A stretch of 61,562 nt of DNA, the filler included. It is 7 parts of 7 records of this genome, joined end to end, with 100 filler letters (N's around TTAATTAATTAA, not from the genome) between each part and the next. Parts side by side here need not be neighbours in the genome. Positions count along the whole stretch, not along the records: positions 44,502 to 56,170 come from SRR31147125_15248; positions 56,271 to 61,562 come from SRR31147125_15268; 5 more parts are not named here. One strand, written 5' to 3'. Below, piece by piece: positions 50,952 through 60,735 of this stretch. Positions within the stretch are counted from its first letter, which is position 1, and every line of letters starts with the position of its first letter. A program made the position numbers and the translations under genes. Below the pieces are notes generated by a model. It did no database searches, was not told the origin of the DNA, and was given only the letters and a program-made list of their open reading frames with translations.

Positions 50952-51743
50952 ATGATCGTAAAATCCATTGAATACGTCGGTTCTCGCAGCATTCAGCAGA
51001 TTGAAGGCACGGGTCGCTTTTTTCTCTTTCTATTTTCGGGAATCACCCAACTGTTTGTATTGCCCCTTCAATTGAAGAAGATAATTGAACACACTTGGTT
51101 CATCGGCGCCAGATCCATGGGGGTCATTGGATTGACCGGCGTTTTTACCGGTATGGTTTTGGGGCTTCAAGGGTACTATACCCTGGTGAAATTCGGATCC
51201 GAGGGGATGCTGGGGTCTGCTGTCGCCCTGACATTGGTCCGTGAACTTGGCCCGGTTCTTGCCGCCATTATGATTACGGCACGGGCCGGTTCCGCTATCG
51301 CCGCAGAGATCGGGGTGATGCGGATTTCCGAGCAGGTCGATGCACTTGAGACCATGGACATTCATCCCATTCGCTTTGTTTTTACGCCAAGGCTTGTGGC
51401 AGCCGTCATCAGTTTCCCTTTTTTGACGGCTCTTTTTGATGTCATCGGGATTTTTGGAGGGTACCTCTCCGGCTCATGGCTTTTGGGAATCAATCCGGGG
51501 ATTTATTTATACCGAGTCAGTGACAGCGTTGTTATGGCCGATGTGACCGGTGGATTTGTCAAATCGCTGGTATTTGCCATCGTTGTTACGACAATGTGTT
51601 GCTATAGAGGGTTTTACACGCATCTACAGACAAAGGGTGGGTTTGGTGCAAAAGGCGTCAGCTTTTCAACGACGACTGCCGTGGTGAACTCCTGTGTTTT
51701 AATTCTCATTTTCGACTATATCATCACCTACCTTTTGCTATAA
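50952..51743 (+). CDS. mlaE: Mla/Ttg2 ABC permease
   Basis: FTGMVLGLQ, RELGPVLAA, GSAIAAEIGVMRISEQVDALETM, GAKGV..TT.AVV. Confidence 0.95.
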   Translation: MIVKSIEYVGSRSIQQIEGTGRFFLFLFSGITQLFVLPLQLKKIIEHTWFIGARSMGVIGLTGVFTGMVLGLQGYYTLVKFGSEGMLGSAVALTLVRELGPVLAAIMITARAGSAIAAEIGVMRISEQVDALETMDIHPIRFVFTPRLVAAVISFPFLTALFDVIGIFGGYLSGSWLLGINPGIYLYRVSDSVVMADVTGGFVKSLVFAIVVTTMCCYRGFYTHLQTKGGFGAKGVSFSTTTAVVNSCVLILIFDYIITYLLL

Positions 51744-51828
51744 TGGCCATGACCGGGCCATTTGCCCTAACAACGCATGGAATCACCCATCATGACCATG
51801 AGATTTTTTAAATTTTGAAAGTAATGAA

Positions 51829-52582
51829 ATGACCGTCCCGTTAATTGAATTTATTAATGTTGAAAAGCAGTTTGGAATGAACCGTGTCATGCAAGGGGTT
51901 AATCTCTCCATATTTGAAGGGGAGACGACAACCATCATCGGAAAAAGTGGTACGGGTAAAAGTGTTTTATTGAAACATATCATCGGCTTGATGCAGCAGG
52001 ATTCCGGATCCATTCGGGTATCCGGCAAGGATACGTTTCAAATGAATCGTCAGGAACGACGAGAGTTGAAAAAAAGATTCAGCTACATGTTTCAGGAGAA
52101 CGCCCTGTTCGATTCTCTCACCATTTTCGATAATATTGCGCTGCCGCTGACTGAAAAAAGAGCACTTTCCAAAGGGGAAATTGAAAAAAGTGAACCATCA
52201 GATGACTCAGTTGGAGATTGAAGAAAGCGCTCGGAAGTATCCGGCACAGCTGTCCGGGGGAATGAAAAAACGGGTGGCACTGGCTAGAGCTCTGGTGACG
52301 GATCCTGACATTGTGCTGTTTGACGAGCCTACCACCGGATTGGATCCCATCAGAAAAGATGCCGTGCATGAAATGATTCAATCCTATCAAAGGCTTTACG
52401 GGTTTACAGCGATCATCGTAAGTCATGAAATTCCGGATATTTTTTCCATATCACAGCGTGTCGCCATGCTGGATAAAGGAAAAATTTTGTTCCAGGGGAC
52501 ACCGTTCCAATTGCTGGATAGTAAGAAAGAAGAAATTCAAGCATTTGTTCACCGACAAAGCATTTCTTGGGTCGGCAACTAA
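51829..52582 (+). CDS. mlaF: Mla ABC ATPase, frameshift at A-run near 52184-52189
   Basis: GKSGTGKS; LSGGMKKRVALARA; FDEPTTGLDP. Confidence 0.9.
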
Positions 52583-52688
52583 TTGAATGGCGAGTTTCTC
52601 GCTTAGCCCTTACCTCTTGAGTCTTGTCGAAAAAACAAGAAGTTGATGAAAGGTGCTGGATGCGGGGTTCCCGCGTTAGGATATGTGA

Positions 52689-53171
52689 ATGATGAAAAAA
52701 GGCAGTATCGAATTCTATGTAGGCATTTTCATGATGATCGGACTGGTCTGTTGCGGCTATCTGATTATTGAATTAGGGGGGGGCAGTGTCTTCAGGAAAA
52801 ATGATTATCGCGTGTTTGCCTATTTCAGCTCTGTCGCCGGACTGAAAGAGGGGGCCGGTGTGGAAATGGCCGGAGTGGAAATCGGTAATGTGGTGTCCAT
52901 TTCCCTTGATATCGATCGTCTGCTGGCCAAAGTGGAATTGGGGATTCACGAAAATATTCAGTTGGCCGAAGATGTTCTGGCATCGGTAAAGACCTCCGGG
53001 GTCATCGGGGATAAATATATCAACCTTTCCCCCGGCGGCTCCGAGATCCTTTTAGAGTCCGGAGACACCATTTTCAATACGGAATCCGCCATCGATATTG
53101 AGACGTTGGTAAGTAAATATATTTTTGAGCAAAAAAAGAAAAATAACGGAGTCGGAAAGTGGGAAAATTAG
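52689..53171 (+). CDS. mlaD: MCE-domain protein
   Basis: VAGLKEGAGVEMAGVEIGNV, TSGVIGDKYINLSPGG. The last residues may be a homopolymer artefact. Confidence 0.93.
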   Translation: MMKKGSIEFYVGIFMMIGLVCCGYLIIELGGGSVFRKNDYRVFAYFSSVAGLKEGAGVEMAGVEIGNVVSISLDIDRLLAKVELGIHENIQLAEDVLASVKTSGVIGDKYINLSPGGSEILLESGDTIFNTESAIDIETLVSKYIFEQKKKNNGVGKWEN

Positions 53172-53821
53172 GAAAAATAGTTGGATACATTGGTTTTTGG
53201 TCTTTGATTCTATTTCTGTCGATTGGGATTACGGTCGGCATTCAGGGGGTATTTTCTCAGCCGCTTAACCAATCGAGCTGTGCAAATGACGTGTTAAAAA
53301 AAGGGATCGACGACATGATCTCCATCATCAACAGCCCGCTCTATTCCCAAGCGGCCCAACAACAGGCACGGACAGATCTTCTTTTTGCCAAAGCGGAAGC
53401 GTTGTTCGATTTCAAGGCCGTTTCGAGGGGCGCGCTCAGTCGAAACTGGCGCAGATTTTCAGACAATCAGCAGGCTGAGTTTACAAAACACTTTGCCAAG
53501 TTGATCGCCCAAACGTATTTGTCAAAAATTGATGATAAGCGCTTTGAAACGCTGGAGATCAATTATGTGAAGACTGTGGCGCTTCAGGCCACGAAATCAG
53601 GGGTTGAGAGAACGGATATCTTTACCGAGGTATTGCACAACGGTGTGGTCACGCCGGTGGATTACAGGATGATGAAAGTACCGGGCGGACCATGGAAAGT
53701 CTATGATGTCAAAATTGAAGGTGTCAGTTTGGTGGGGAATTATAGAGAACAGTATCGCACGCGATTTAATGATTCCCCCGAAAAAATGATTCAGGAGATC
53801 AAGGAGAAGATCGAACAATGA
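53159..53821 (+). CDS. mlaC: Phospholipid-binding periplasmic protein (Ttg2D)
   Basis: FDFKAVSRGAL..W, VDYRM..WKVYDVKIEGVSLVGNYREQY. Confidence 0.93.
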   Translation: MGKLGKIVGYIGFWSLILFLSIGITVGIQGVFSQPLNQSSCANDVLKKGIDDMISIINSPLYSQAAQQQARTDLLFAKAEALFDFKAVSRGALSRNWRRFSDNQQAEFTKHFAKLIAQTYLSKIDDKRFETLEINYVKTVALQATKSGVERTDIFTEVLHNGVVTPVDYRMMKVPGGPWKVYDVKIEGVSLVGNYREQYRTRFNDSPEKMIQEIKEKIEQ

Positions 53822-54739
53822 AACAGAGTGATAATATCAAGGTCTCTGTATCCACCAATCGGTTGTCTCACGGGCAAGCCCCCAATGATGATGACATGAA
53901 ATCTTTTCAGTATGTTCATCGGTGGCGTAGGGGAAAAGAGGGGCGTTGATAGTCAGGCGATTGATGTTTTTAAGCGGTTTGGTTCTATTGAGTATGGTGA
54001 TCTCTTTGTCCCCATTTCCCCATCTTTCTCAACTCGAAAGTTATGCCAATACAAGGGGGCGGTTTCAGCAGATGAGGATGCCTTGGATGAGCTATTTGGT
54101 GGCGTAGACGACGCGCCTGAAGAGGCATCTAATCATATGATTTCAGACCCGCTTTCAGGTTTCAACCGCGCCATGTTTTCTTTGAATGATAAGTTTTATT
54201 TTTACCTGTTGAAACCAGTGGCCCAAGGATACAAAAAAATAACGCCCCAATGCTTGAGAGTCGGCATTAATAATGTGTTTGAAAATGCATACTTTCCGTT
54301 GCGCTTTGTGAATAATATTTTGCAAGCAAAGTTTGACCGCGCTTTTATCGAAAGCAAGGTCTTTGTTATCAACACCATTGCAGGCGGTCTAGGGTTTGCC
54401 ACGCCGGCCCAGAATTATTTTGAGTTGCATACTTATCCTGAGGATTTGGGACAAACACTTGGCAGTTATGCCGTTGGAGATGGATTCTATCTGGTATTGC
54501 CGATACTCGGCCCTTCGTCATTGAGGGATTTTGTCGGAGCTGCCGGAGATACGTTTCTCTCGCCGTTGACATACATCGAATCCACCGAGCTTGCAGCAGG
54601 CTTGTGGGGGGTGGAGACGGTCAATGCCGCTTCCTTTAGAATTGGAGATTACGAAGCATTGAAAGATGCGGCGTTGGATCCTTATGTCGCTATGCGGGAT
54701 GCTTATCTGCAAATGAGGAAAAAGAAAATAGATGAGTAG
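53818..54739 (+). CDS. mlaA: VacJ/MlaA-family protein; N-terminus disrupted by frameshifts, true start uncertain
   Basis: DPLSGFNRAMF..ND, NNILQ, EDLGQTLG, YLVLPILGPSSLRD, DPYVAMRDAY in ORF 53912-54739; ATGA overlap with the mlaC stop at 53818. Confidence 0.88.
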
Positions 54740-54875
54740 GGATCTTGGAGAATCTTGAGTCGCCGCATCCGAACACGTTCCGATATGGATCTTAAACGCG
54801 CATTGGATTTGATTGAGGGATGAGGAGAGATCTTTTGAAAGTTTGAATGTAAGGAGAGGGGAGAACGCCCCCTTT

Positions 54876-55334
54876 TTATTTTACCTTAAAATTCGCACTG
54901 ATTTTGAATAGATCGGTTGCCGGAAGATTCAAAATCTCTCTAACACCTGTTTTTTCGGAAATATCCGATAGATTTTTTTCAATCACCTCCATTGATTCTG
55001 CAATGAAAGTAAACCAGATATTGTATCGATGACTTCGCATATAATTATGGGTCACGCCGGTATACCCGTTGACCACTTCCGTAAACGTGTCGATTTTATC
55101 TTCCGGGACATGTGCCGCACATAAGGTGCTGAAAAAACCCAATTTGTATGGGCCGAAGTTGCCGCCGATCCGTCTAATGATCCCATCTTCTTTCAAGCGC
55201 CTTATCCGTTCCACCGTTTCATCTTCAGAAAGTCCCAACTCTTGTCCAATCACGGCGTAGGGTCTGGGATCAATGGGGAAAAACGTCTGAATTCGATTAA
55301 TGATTCTTTTATCTGTATCGTCTATTTTTGCCAT
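54876..55334 (-). CDS. ahbA: Siroheme decarboxylase alpha subunit (Lrp/AsnC fold)
   Basis: IQTFFPIDPRPY..GIIRRIG..LGFFSTLCAA..VTHNYMRSHRYNIWFT, typical of AhbA/NirD. Confidence 0.85.
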   Translation of the reverse strand: MAKIDDTDKRIINRIQTFFPIDPRPYAVIGQELGLSEDETVERIRRLKEDGIIRRIGGNFGPYKLGFFSTLCAAHVPEDKIDTFTEVVNGYTGVTHNYMRSHRYNIWFTFIAESMEVIEKNLSDISEKTGVREILNLPATDLFKISANFKVK

Positions 55335-55348
55335 ATTTCAAAGCCTTT

Positions 55349-55388
55349 AAAAAAAAAGACTCTGCACAATAGATTGTGCAGAGTCTTT
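55349..55388 (-). terminator. Strong intrinsic terminator after dsrC
   Basis: Perfect stem AAAGACTCTGCACAAT-AG-ATTGTGCAGAGTCTTT with a U-run on the minus strand. Confidence 0.85.
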
Positions 55389-55418
55389 AATTGAAACTAT
55401 ATCAAATGGCTGATCGGA

Positions 55419-55736
55419 TTATACACAACCGGTCGGTTTCGGAAGTCCAGCCATTTTACATGCTCCCTTTCCAGGTCCGGAGGGGAACAGCTCATAGATG
55501 TGTTTCAGTTTGTACTTGGTGAGCTTGGAAAGTACACGAACCATGGGAGCAATACCATTTTTCTCATAGTAATCTTGAAGAACGTTTACAACTTTCCAGT
55601 GCTCGTCAGTCAGCTCTTCGATACCTTCCTGCTGTCTTACATACTCAACCCAATCGTTAGTAAACGTTTTGTAGTCAAGCAGAAATCCATCTTCATCGAT
55701 TTCAAAAGTTGTTCCGTTCATGTCTACGCTTGCCAT
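55419..55736 (-). CDS. dsrC: Dissimilatory sulfite reductase sulfur carrier DsrC
   Basis: DEDGFL, LTDEHWKV, YELFPSGPGKGACKMAGLPKPTGCV with both C-terminal cysteines; AGGAGG RBS. Confidence 0.95.
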   Translation of the reverse strand: MASVDMNGTTFEIDEDGFLLDYKTFTNDWVEYVRQQEGIEELTDEHWKVVNVLQDYYEKNGIAPMVRVLSKLTKYKLKHIYELFPSGPGKGACKMAGLPKPTGCV

Positions 55737-55885
55737 TAAACTACCTCCTGGTTAAAAAAAATAAAATGATCTTCTATAAAGTAAGCTTGCCGTCTTATCT
55801 CTTAGAATGATAATTTTTTACAATATCTCACGCAGATACTGTTGTCAATATATAGATTTGAGATTTGGAAAAAAATTAGGCCGTT

Positions 55886-55915
55886 TAGAGAATCTCTATC
55901 TAGAGAATCTCTATC
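55886..55915. repeat. Tandem 15-bp duplication of a palindromic unit between dsrC and miaA
   Basis: TAGAGAATCTCTATC twice; core TAGAGA-A-TCTCTA is self-complementary. Confidence 0.8.
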
Positions 55916-56036
55916 TTTTTCCGGAGCACAAATATCATTGGAATTTTTATTCGTCAAGAGAGCAATGACTCATATTTTGATTTTTTGTGAAAAAAAATTT
56001 GTTTGCCATCATTTGCAGTGATGGTATGAAAAGAGC

Positions 56037-56170
56037 ATGAAAAAGAAAATTATTACCATATGCGGCCCGACCGGAATTGGAAAAACACGATTTGCCATCC
56101 ATCTGGCGCAACAATTCAAAGGAGAGATCATCGGGGCGGACTCCATGCAGATCTATAAATATATGGATAT
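56037..56170 (+). CDS. miaA: tRNA dimethylallyltransferase, 3'-truncated
   Basis: [25 protein letters not shown]. Confidence 0.92.
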
Positions 56171-56270
56171 NNNNNNNNNNNNNNNNNNNNNNNNNNNNNN
56201 NNNNNNNNNNNNNNTTAATTAATTAANNNNNNNNNNNNNNNNNNNNNNNNNNNNNNNNNNNNNNNNNNNN
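56171..56270. other. Artificial contig linker
   Basis: Ns + TTAATTAATTAA. Confidence 0.98.
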
Positions 56271-56338
56271 AAAAAAGGGACAATGCGGATTTATTATTTT
56301 CTGCCGATGAGACTACGGAAACTTTAAATAGTGATTAA
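56271..56338 (+). CDS. 3' end of the upstream gene, probably scpA
   Basis: Open frame KRDNADLLFSADETTETLNSD* just before scpB; identity inferred from synteny only. Confidence 0.35.
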
Positions 56339-56355
56339 TGTAAGGAATCAGTCAA

Positions 56356-56913
56356 ATGAATGACGAGAAAGAACTTAGCCGGGATGCGAGATTGCTGGAA
56401 TCGATCCTCTATCTTGAAAATGAACCTGTAGATACTTCTGCACTAATAAAGATAACAGGACTGGAGGATGATTTAATTGCTCAGGCAATAACTGAATTGC
56501 GTTACCATTATGATGCAGCACATCACGGAGTTGAACTTGCCGAATTTGCCGGCGGGTATCATTTCAGTCCGAAAGAAGAGTTCTGGCCGGAATTGAAAGA
56601 TCATTACGGCAGAAAAATTGACAGCCGCCTAACAAGATCTGCTTTGGAGACTATATCAATCATAGCATATTCGCAGCCCATAACACGAAAAGAGATTGAG
56701 AATATCCGCGGGGTGTCATCAGAAAATATAATAAGGATTCTTTTGGAACGTGATTACATTCAGGTAGTCGGCAAGAAAGATGTTCTTGGCCGACCGTATC
56801 TCTATGGTACCACGCGAAAATTTCTTGAAGATTTCAACTTGAAAAGTATATCTGAACTTCCAAAAATGGGAGATATTGACACTGAGAGATTTGATGATGA
56901 ATATGAACAATAA
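56356..56913 (+). CDS. scpB: SMC-Scp complex subunit ScpB
   Basis: LTRSALETISIIAYSQPITRKEIENIRGV, GRPYLYGTT..FL..F.L..ISELP. Confidence 0.95.
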   Translation: MNDEKELSRDARLLESILYLENEPVDTSALIKITGLEDDLIAQAITELRYHYDAAHHGVELAEFAGGYHFSPKEEFWPELKDHYGRKIDSRLTRSALETISIIAYSQPITRKEIENIRGVSSENIIRILLERDYIQVVGKKDVLGRPYLYGTTRKFLEDFNLKSISELPKMGDIDTERFDDEYEQ

Positions 56914-57618
56914 TCACACAAAAATACGACTACAATCATATATTGCTAAGAGCGGCTTGTGTTCCAGAAGAAAAGCTGAAGTAATTATTAAAAGCCGGGA
57001 AATTACCGTAAACGGAAAACTATGTACAAATCCTGCCGAAAGAATTTCTCCAGATGATGTTGTCTTATATCGAGGAACTCTTGTAGAACCGGTGGAGCAT
57101 ATGTATATCGCGTTAAATAAACCAAAAGGATATGTATGCAGCAACTCAGATCCTCATGAGGAGTTGTTTGCACGTGATCTGATAACGATAAAAGATCAAA
57201 ATTCTCTGTTTCATGTCGGAAGACTCGATAAAGAATCGACCGGGTTAATTTTCTATACGAATGATGGTGACTTTGCTCAACGTGTAGCACATCCGTCACA
57301 CAGCACCGAGAAAGAGTATTTTGTTCGAACACGTGAAAAAATACAAAGAGAAGATCTGAAGAAAGCAAAGGCTGGCTGCAGAATTGAACGGGAAACTTAT
57401 AAAATAGAGAGATTCAAGCTTATAAACAACAGAACGGTTTCACTAGTACTGCTCGAAGGTAAAACAGGGAAATAAGAAAAATATTTAAATATCTTAACTA
57501 TTCGCTTTTATCCCTGCATCGTGTAAGAATCGGTAAAGTACAGATTGGGAATTTATCATCGGGAAAATTCAGAAACCTGAAAAAGCATGAATTAGCTTCG
57601 TTAATCGGAGAACTCTAA
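56903..57618 (+). CDS. rluB: rRNA pseudouridine synthase (RluB/RsuA family), frameshift near 57461-57464
   Basis: S4 domain RLQSYIAKSGLCSRRKAE; NKPKGY; VGRLDKESTGL. Adding one A restores EGKNREIRKIF..LHRVRIG up to the stop at 57618. Confidence 0.88.
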
Positions 57619-57620
57619 AA

Positions 57621-58283
57621 ATGATAGTTGCAATCGATGGACCGGCAGGAGTCGGTAAAAGTACAATCGCAAAAATGGTAGCAGATACATGCAATCTTTT
57701 TTATATAAATTCCGGAAATTTCTATAGAGCTGTTGCATACAAGCATATACAGCAGCAAAAGAGCAGTGATGATAGTGAATTAATTATAAAAACAGCTGAG
57801 AGCTGTTCATTCTCATTAATCAAGGGTGAATTATATCTTGATGGGAAACCAGTAGAGAAGTATTTAAAAACTCCGCAGATAGATATGGCATCTTCAAAGT
57901 TCTCATCAATAATAGAAGTGCGGAAAATCATAAATAGTGCTTTAAGAAAAGAGGCTTCAAAGATCGACAGCATCATGGAGGGCAGAGATATAACATCGGT
58001 TGTTTTCCCCAATGCAGAGATTAAATGTTATCTTGATGCTGAAATCAACATACGTGCGAAAAGACGATATGCACAGTATACCGGCGACCATGATTATGAG
58101 ACTTTTCTGGACGAAATCCGCAGACGTGACGACAATGATAAAAACAAACCTTTTGGGGCCTTAAAACGTGTAAATGATGCCATATATATAGATACATCAT
58201 ACTTGACCATAGATGAAGTTTGTGACAAAGTAGTACAGAAGATTTTTGACTATAAGCAAATACACGGATTGGGAGAAAAGTAG
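57621..58283 (+). CDS. cmk: Cytidylate kinase
   Basis: VAIDGPAGVGKST, SGNFYRA, MEGRDI..VVFPNA, RRDDND. Confidence 0.95.
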   Translation: MIVAIDGPAGVGKSTIAKMVADTCNLFYINSGNFYRAVAYKHIQQQKSSDDSELIIKTAESCSFSLIKGELYLDGKPVEKYLKTPQIDMASSKFSSIIEVRKIINSALRKEASKIDSIMEGRDITSVVFPNAEIKCYLDAEINIRAKRRYAQYTGDHDYETFLDEIRRRDDNDKNKPFGALKRVNDAIYIDTSYLTIDEVCDKVVQKIFDYKQIHGLGEK

Positions 58284-59997
58284 TGGCAACAGAGAAAAAT
58301 GTCGATAAGAAAGACATCGATAAAACGAACGAAATGCAAAATTTATTGCAGGAGGAATACTTAAAAACACTTGATGAAATTGAAGAAGGGCAGGTTGTAT
58401 CCGGACAGGTGGTACAAGTCAACAATGAATTTGTATTCGTAGATGTTGGTTACAAATCAGAAGGTAGAATCCCAATCAATGAGTTTACGGAAGTTCCTAA
58501 AGTAGGAGATTCCGTAAGTGTTGTTTTTGTCAGCAAAGAGGGCCGCGGTGGTCAGGTTGTTGTTTCAAAAGAAAAGCCGATCTTAAACTAAGAACTGAAA
58601 ACCTCAGAGAAGCGTATGATAATCAGGAACCTGTAGAAGGCACATTTTCAAAAGTTATTAAGGGTGGATTTGAAATCGATCTTATGTACGATCTCAAAGG
58701 TTTCTGTCCTCTCTCAAAAGCAGATCTTATTCGTGTTGAAACACCCGAAGATTATATCGGCATAAAGGATTTCTTTATAATAGATAAACTTCATACAGGA
58801 ACAAGACTAAAATCCGTCTTGTCCAGAAGAGCATATCTTGAGAAATCCATTAAAGCCAGAAAAGAAGAATTTTTTGAACATGTAGAAGTAGATGATACTG
58901 TAGAAGGTATTGTTAAAAGCTTTACTTCATTTGGTTCATTTGTCGATTTGGGCGGTTTTGACGGATTGCTTCATATTAACGATATGAGTTGGGGACATGT
59001 AACAAGACCTAAGGACTTTGTAAAGAAAGGTGATACGATTAACCTCAAGGTTATTCATATTGATAAAGAAACACAGAAAATCAATCTTTCTCTCAAGCAT
59101 TTTACTGATGACCCATGGAACTCTTTTGAGGAACGGTATCAACTGCATGACGTAGTTGAAGGTACAGTTACAAAGATTACCGATTTTGGTGTATTCATTG
59201 AACTTGAAGAAGGCATTGAAGGACTGGCTCATATTTCTGAACTGTCCTGGGTTAAACGCATTAATCATCCAAAAGAAATTGTTTCAATCGGTGATAAAGT
59301 AAAAACAAAAATTCTCGGGTATGATACCGGCGAAAAGAAAATTTCTCTAGGCCTTAAACAGGTAACAGATAACCCATGGGATACTATTGAAGAACGTTTT
59401 CCAGTAGGTAAACGCATCAGTGCTGAAGTAGTGAAAATTACAAATGCCGGTGCTTTCCTTAATCTTGAGGAAGGTATTGATGGATTCCTGCATGCTGATG
59501 ACTTCTCATGGACAAAGAAAGTAAAAAATATTAAGTCTGTATGCAATGAAGGTGACACATTAGAAGTTGTGGTTACTCGTGTAGAACCAGATAACAGAAG
59601 AATCCGCCTTGGTGTTAAACAGCTCGAAGGAAATCCCTGGGAAACTTTAAAAGATTCTTATCCGAAGGGTAGTGTTATTACCGGTGAAGTAACCTCCATA
59701 ACTGATTTTGGTGTTTTTGTGAAAGTCATTGCAGGAATTGAAGGTTTAATCTCCAAATACAATCTGATTGGACCAGATGAGGAATATACTGACGATGCTT
59801 TAACTAAATTCAAAGAAGGTGATAAAGTAACTGCTCTGGTAACAGATATTAATCTTAATGCGCAGAAATTATCACTCTCCATAAAGGACTTGGTTAAGAA
59901 AAATCAGCAGAAAGAGATGTCAAAATATATTCATGACGATGATAATGAAAATACATATGCACCTTTCGCAGATCTGCTGAAAGAAAATGATGAATAA
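58283..59997 (+). CDS. rpsA: 30S ribosomal protein S1, frameshift near 58567-58575
   Basis: Repeated S1 domains (VDVGYKSEG; FGSFVDLGGFDGLLHINDMSW; FGVFIELEEGIEGLAHISELSW); follows cmk. Confidence 0.95.
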
Positions 59998-60043
59998 TTA
60001 TCATTCATTTAATTGATATCCTCAATCCTGGAGTACTGACTAC

Positions 60044-60727
60044 ATGGCTGTAGAAAAAAACGAACAGAAAACATTTGCGGAAAAACTTTCCGTCTTTTTA
60101 ACAAAAAACCGGCTTCTACTGATTATTGCCGCTGCCGTTCTGGTAGTAGCTTTGATTGTTCTTGGTATTACTGTCACCACAGTAAATAGTCGTCTTGAGA
60201 AAAACACCGCAAAAGTAGAACTGCTTCAAGAACAGTTCTCAGTATGGGCAAATAATTCGGATAATTTATCCGAGGAAGACCTTGAAGAAGCAGCTGATAC
60301 TCTGGTGAATGATCTGAATATTTTTATTGATAAAACTGGTAAAGGCTATCCGGAGCTGAGAGCTATATATACTTTAGCTTCATTGAGTTATCAGCTGGAA
60401 GACTATACCGGAGCTAAGGATAATTTTATTGCTGTATTGGAAAAGTATCCTGAATCGCATCTGGCTGCTGTGTCGGCGATGAATGCTGCAGTTTGTTTTG
60501 AAAATCTCGATGATATGGATTCAGCTATTAATTACTACACAGTGGTTGCTGAAACTTATACACAGCGAACAGCTGAAGTCCCGCATGCATTATTTAGTAT
60601 CGGTCGACTGTATGAGCAGAAAGGTGATACTGACCAGGCTATTGCAACTTATAGAAATGTATCGGCCAATTATTCTACGAGTGAATGGGCTAAACTGGCG
60701 GTAACAAGAATTATTGTTTTAGAGTAG
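60044..60727 (+). CDS. Membrane-anchored tetratricopeptide-repeat protein (YfgM-like)
   Basis: Single TM followed by TPR helices (A..Y..V..KYPES; ALFSIGRLYE..G..AIATY). Confidence 0.85.
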   Translation: MAVEKNEQKTFAEKLSVFLTKNRLLLIIAAAVLVVALIVLGITVTTVNSRLEKNTAKVELLQEQFSVWANNSDNLSEEDLEEAADTLVNDLNIFIDKTGKGYPELRAIYTLASLSYQLEDYTGAKDNFIAVLEKYPESHLAAVSAMNAAVCFENLDDMDSAINYYTVVAETYTQRTAEVPHALFSIGRLYEQKGDTDQAIATYRNVSANYSTSEWAKLAVTRIIVLE

Positions 60728-60735
60728 TTTTTAAT

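Noticed and set aside
54876-55334. Lrp/AsnC transcription factor call
   Set aside because: The THNYxR..YNIWFT and STLCAA motifs and sulfate-reducer context fit AhbA better.
55816-56000. Rex operator upstream of dsrC
   Set aside because: Only half-site matches (TTGTGAA, CTCACG); no adequate TTGTGAA-N4-TTCACAA palindrome.
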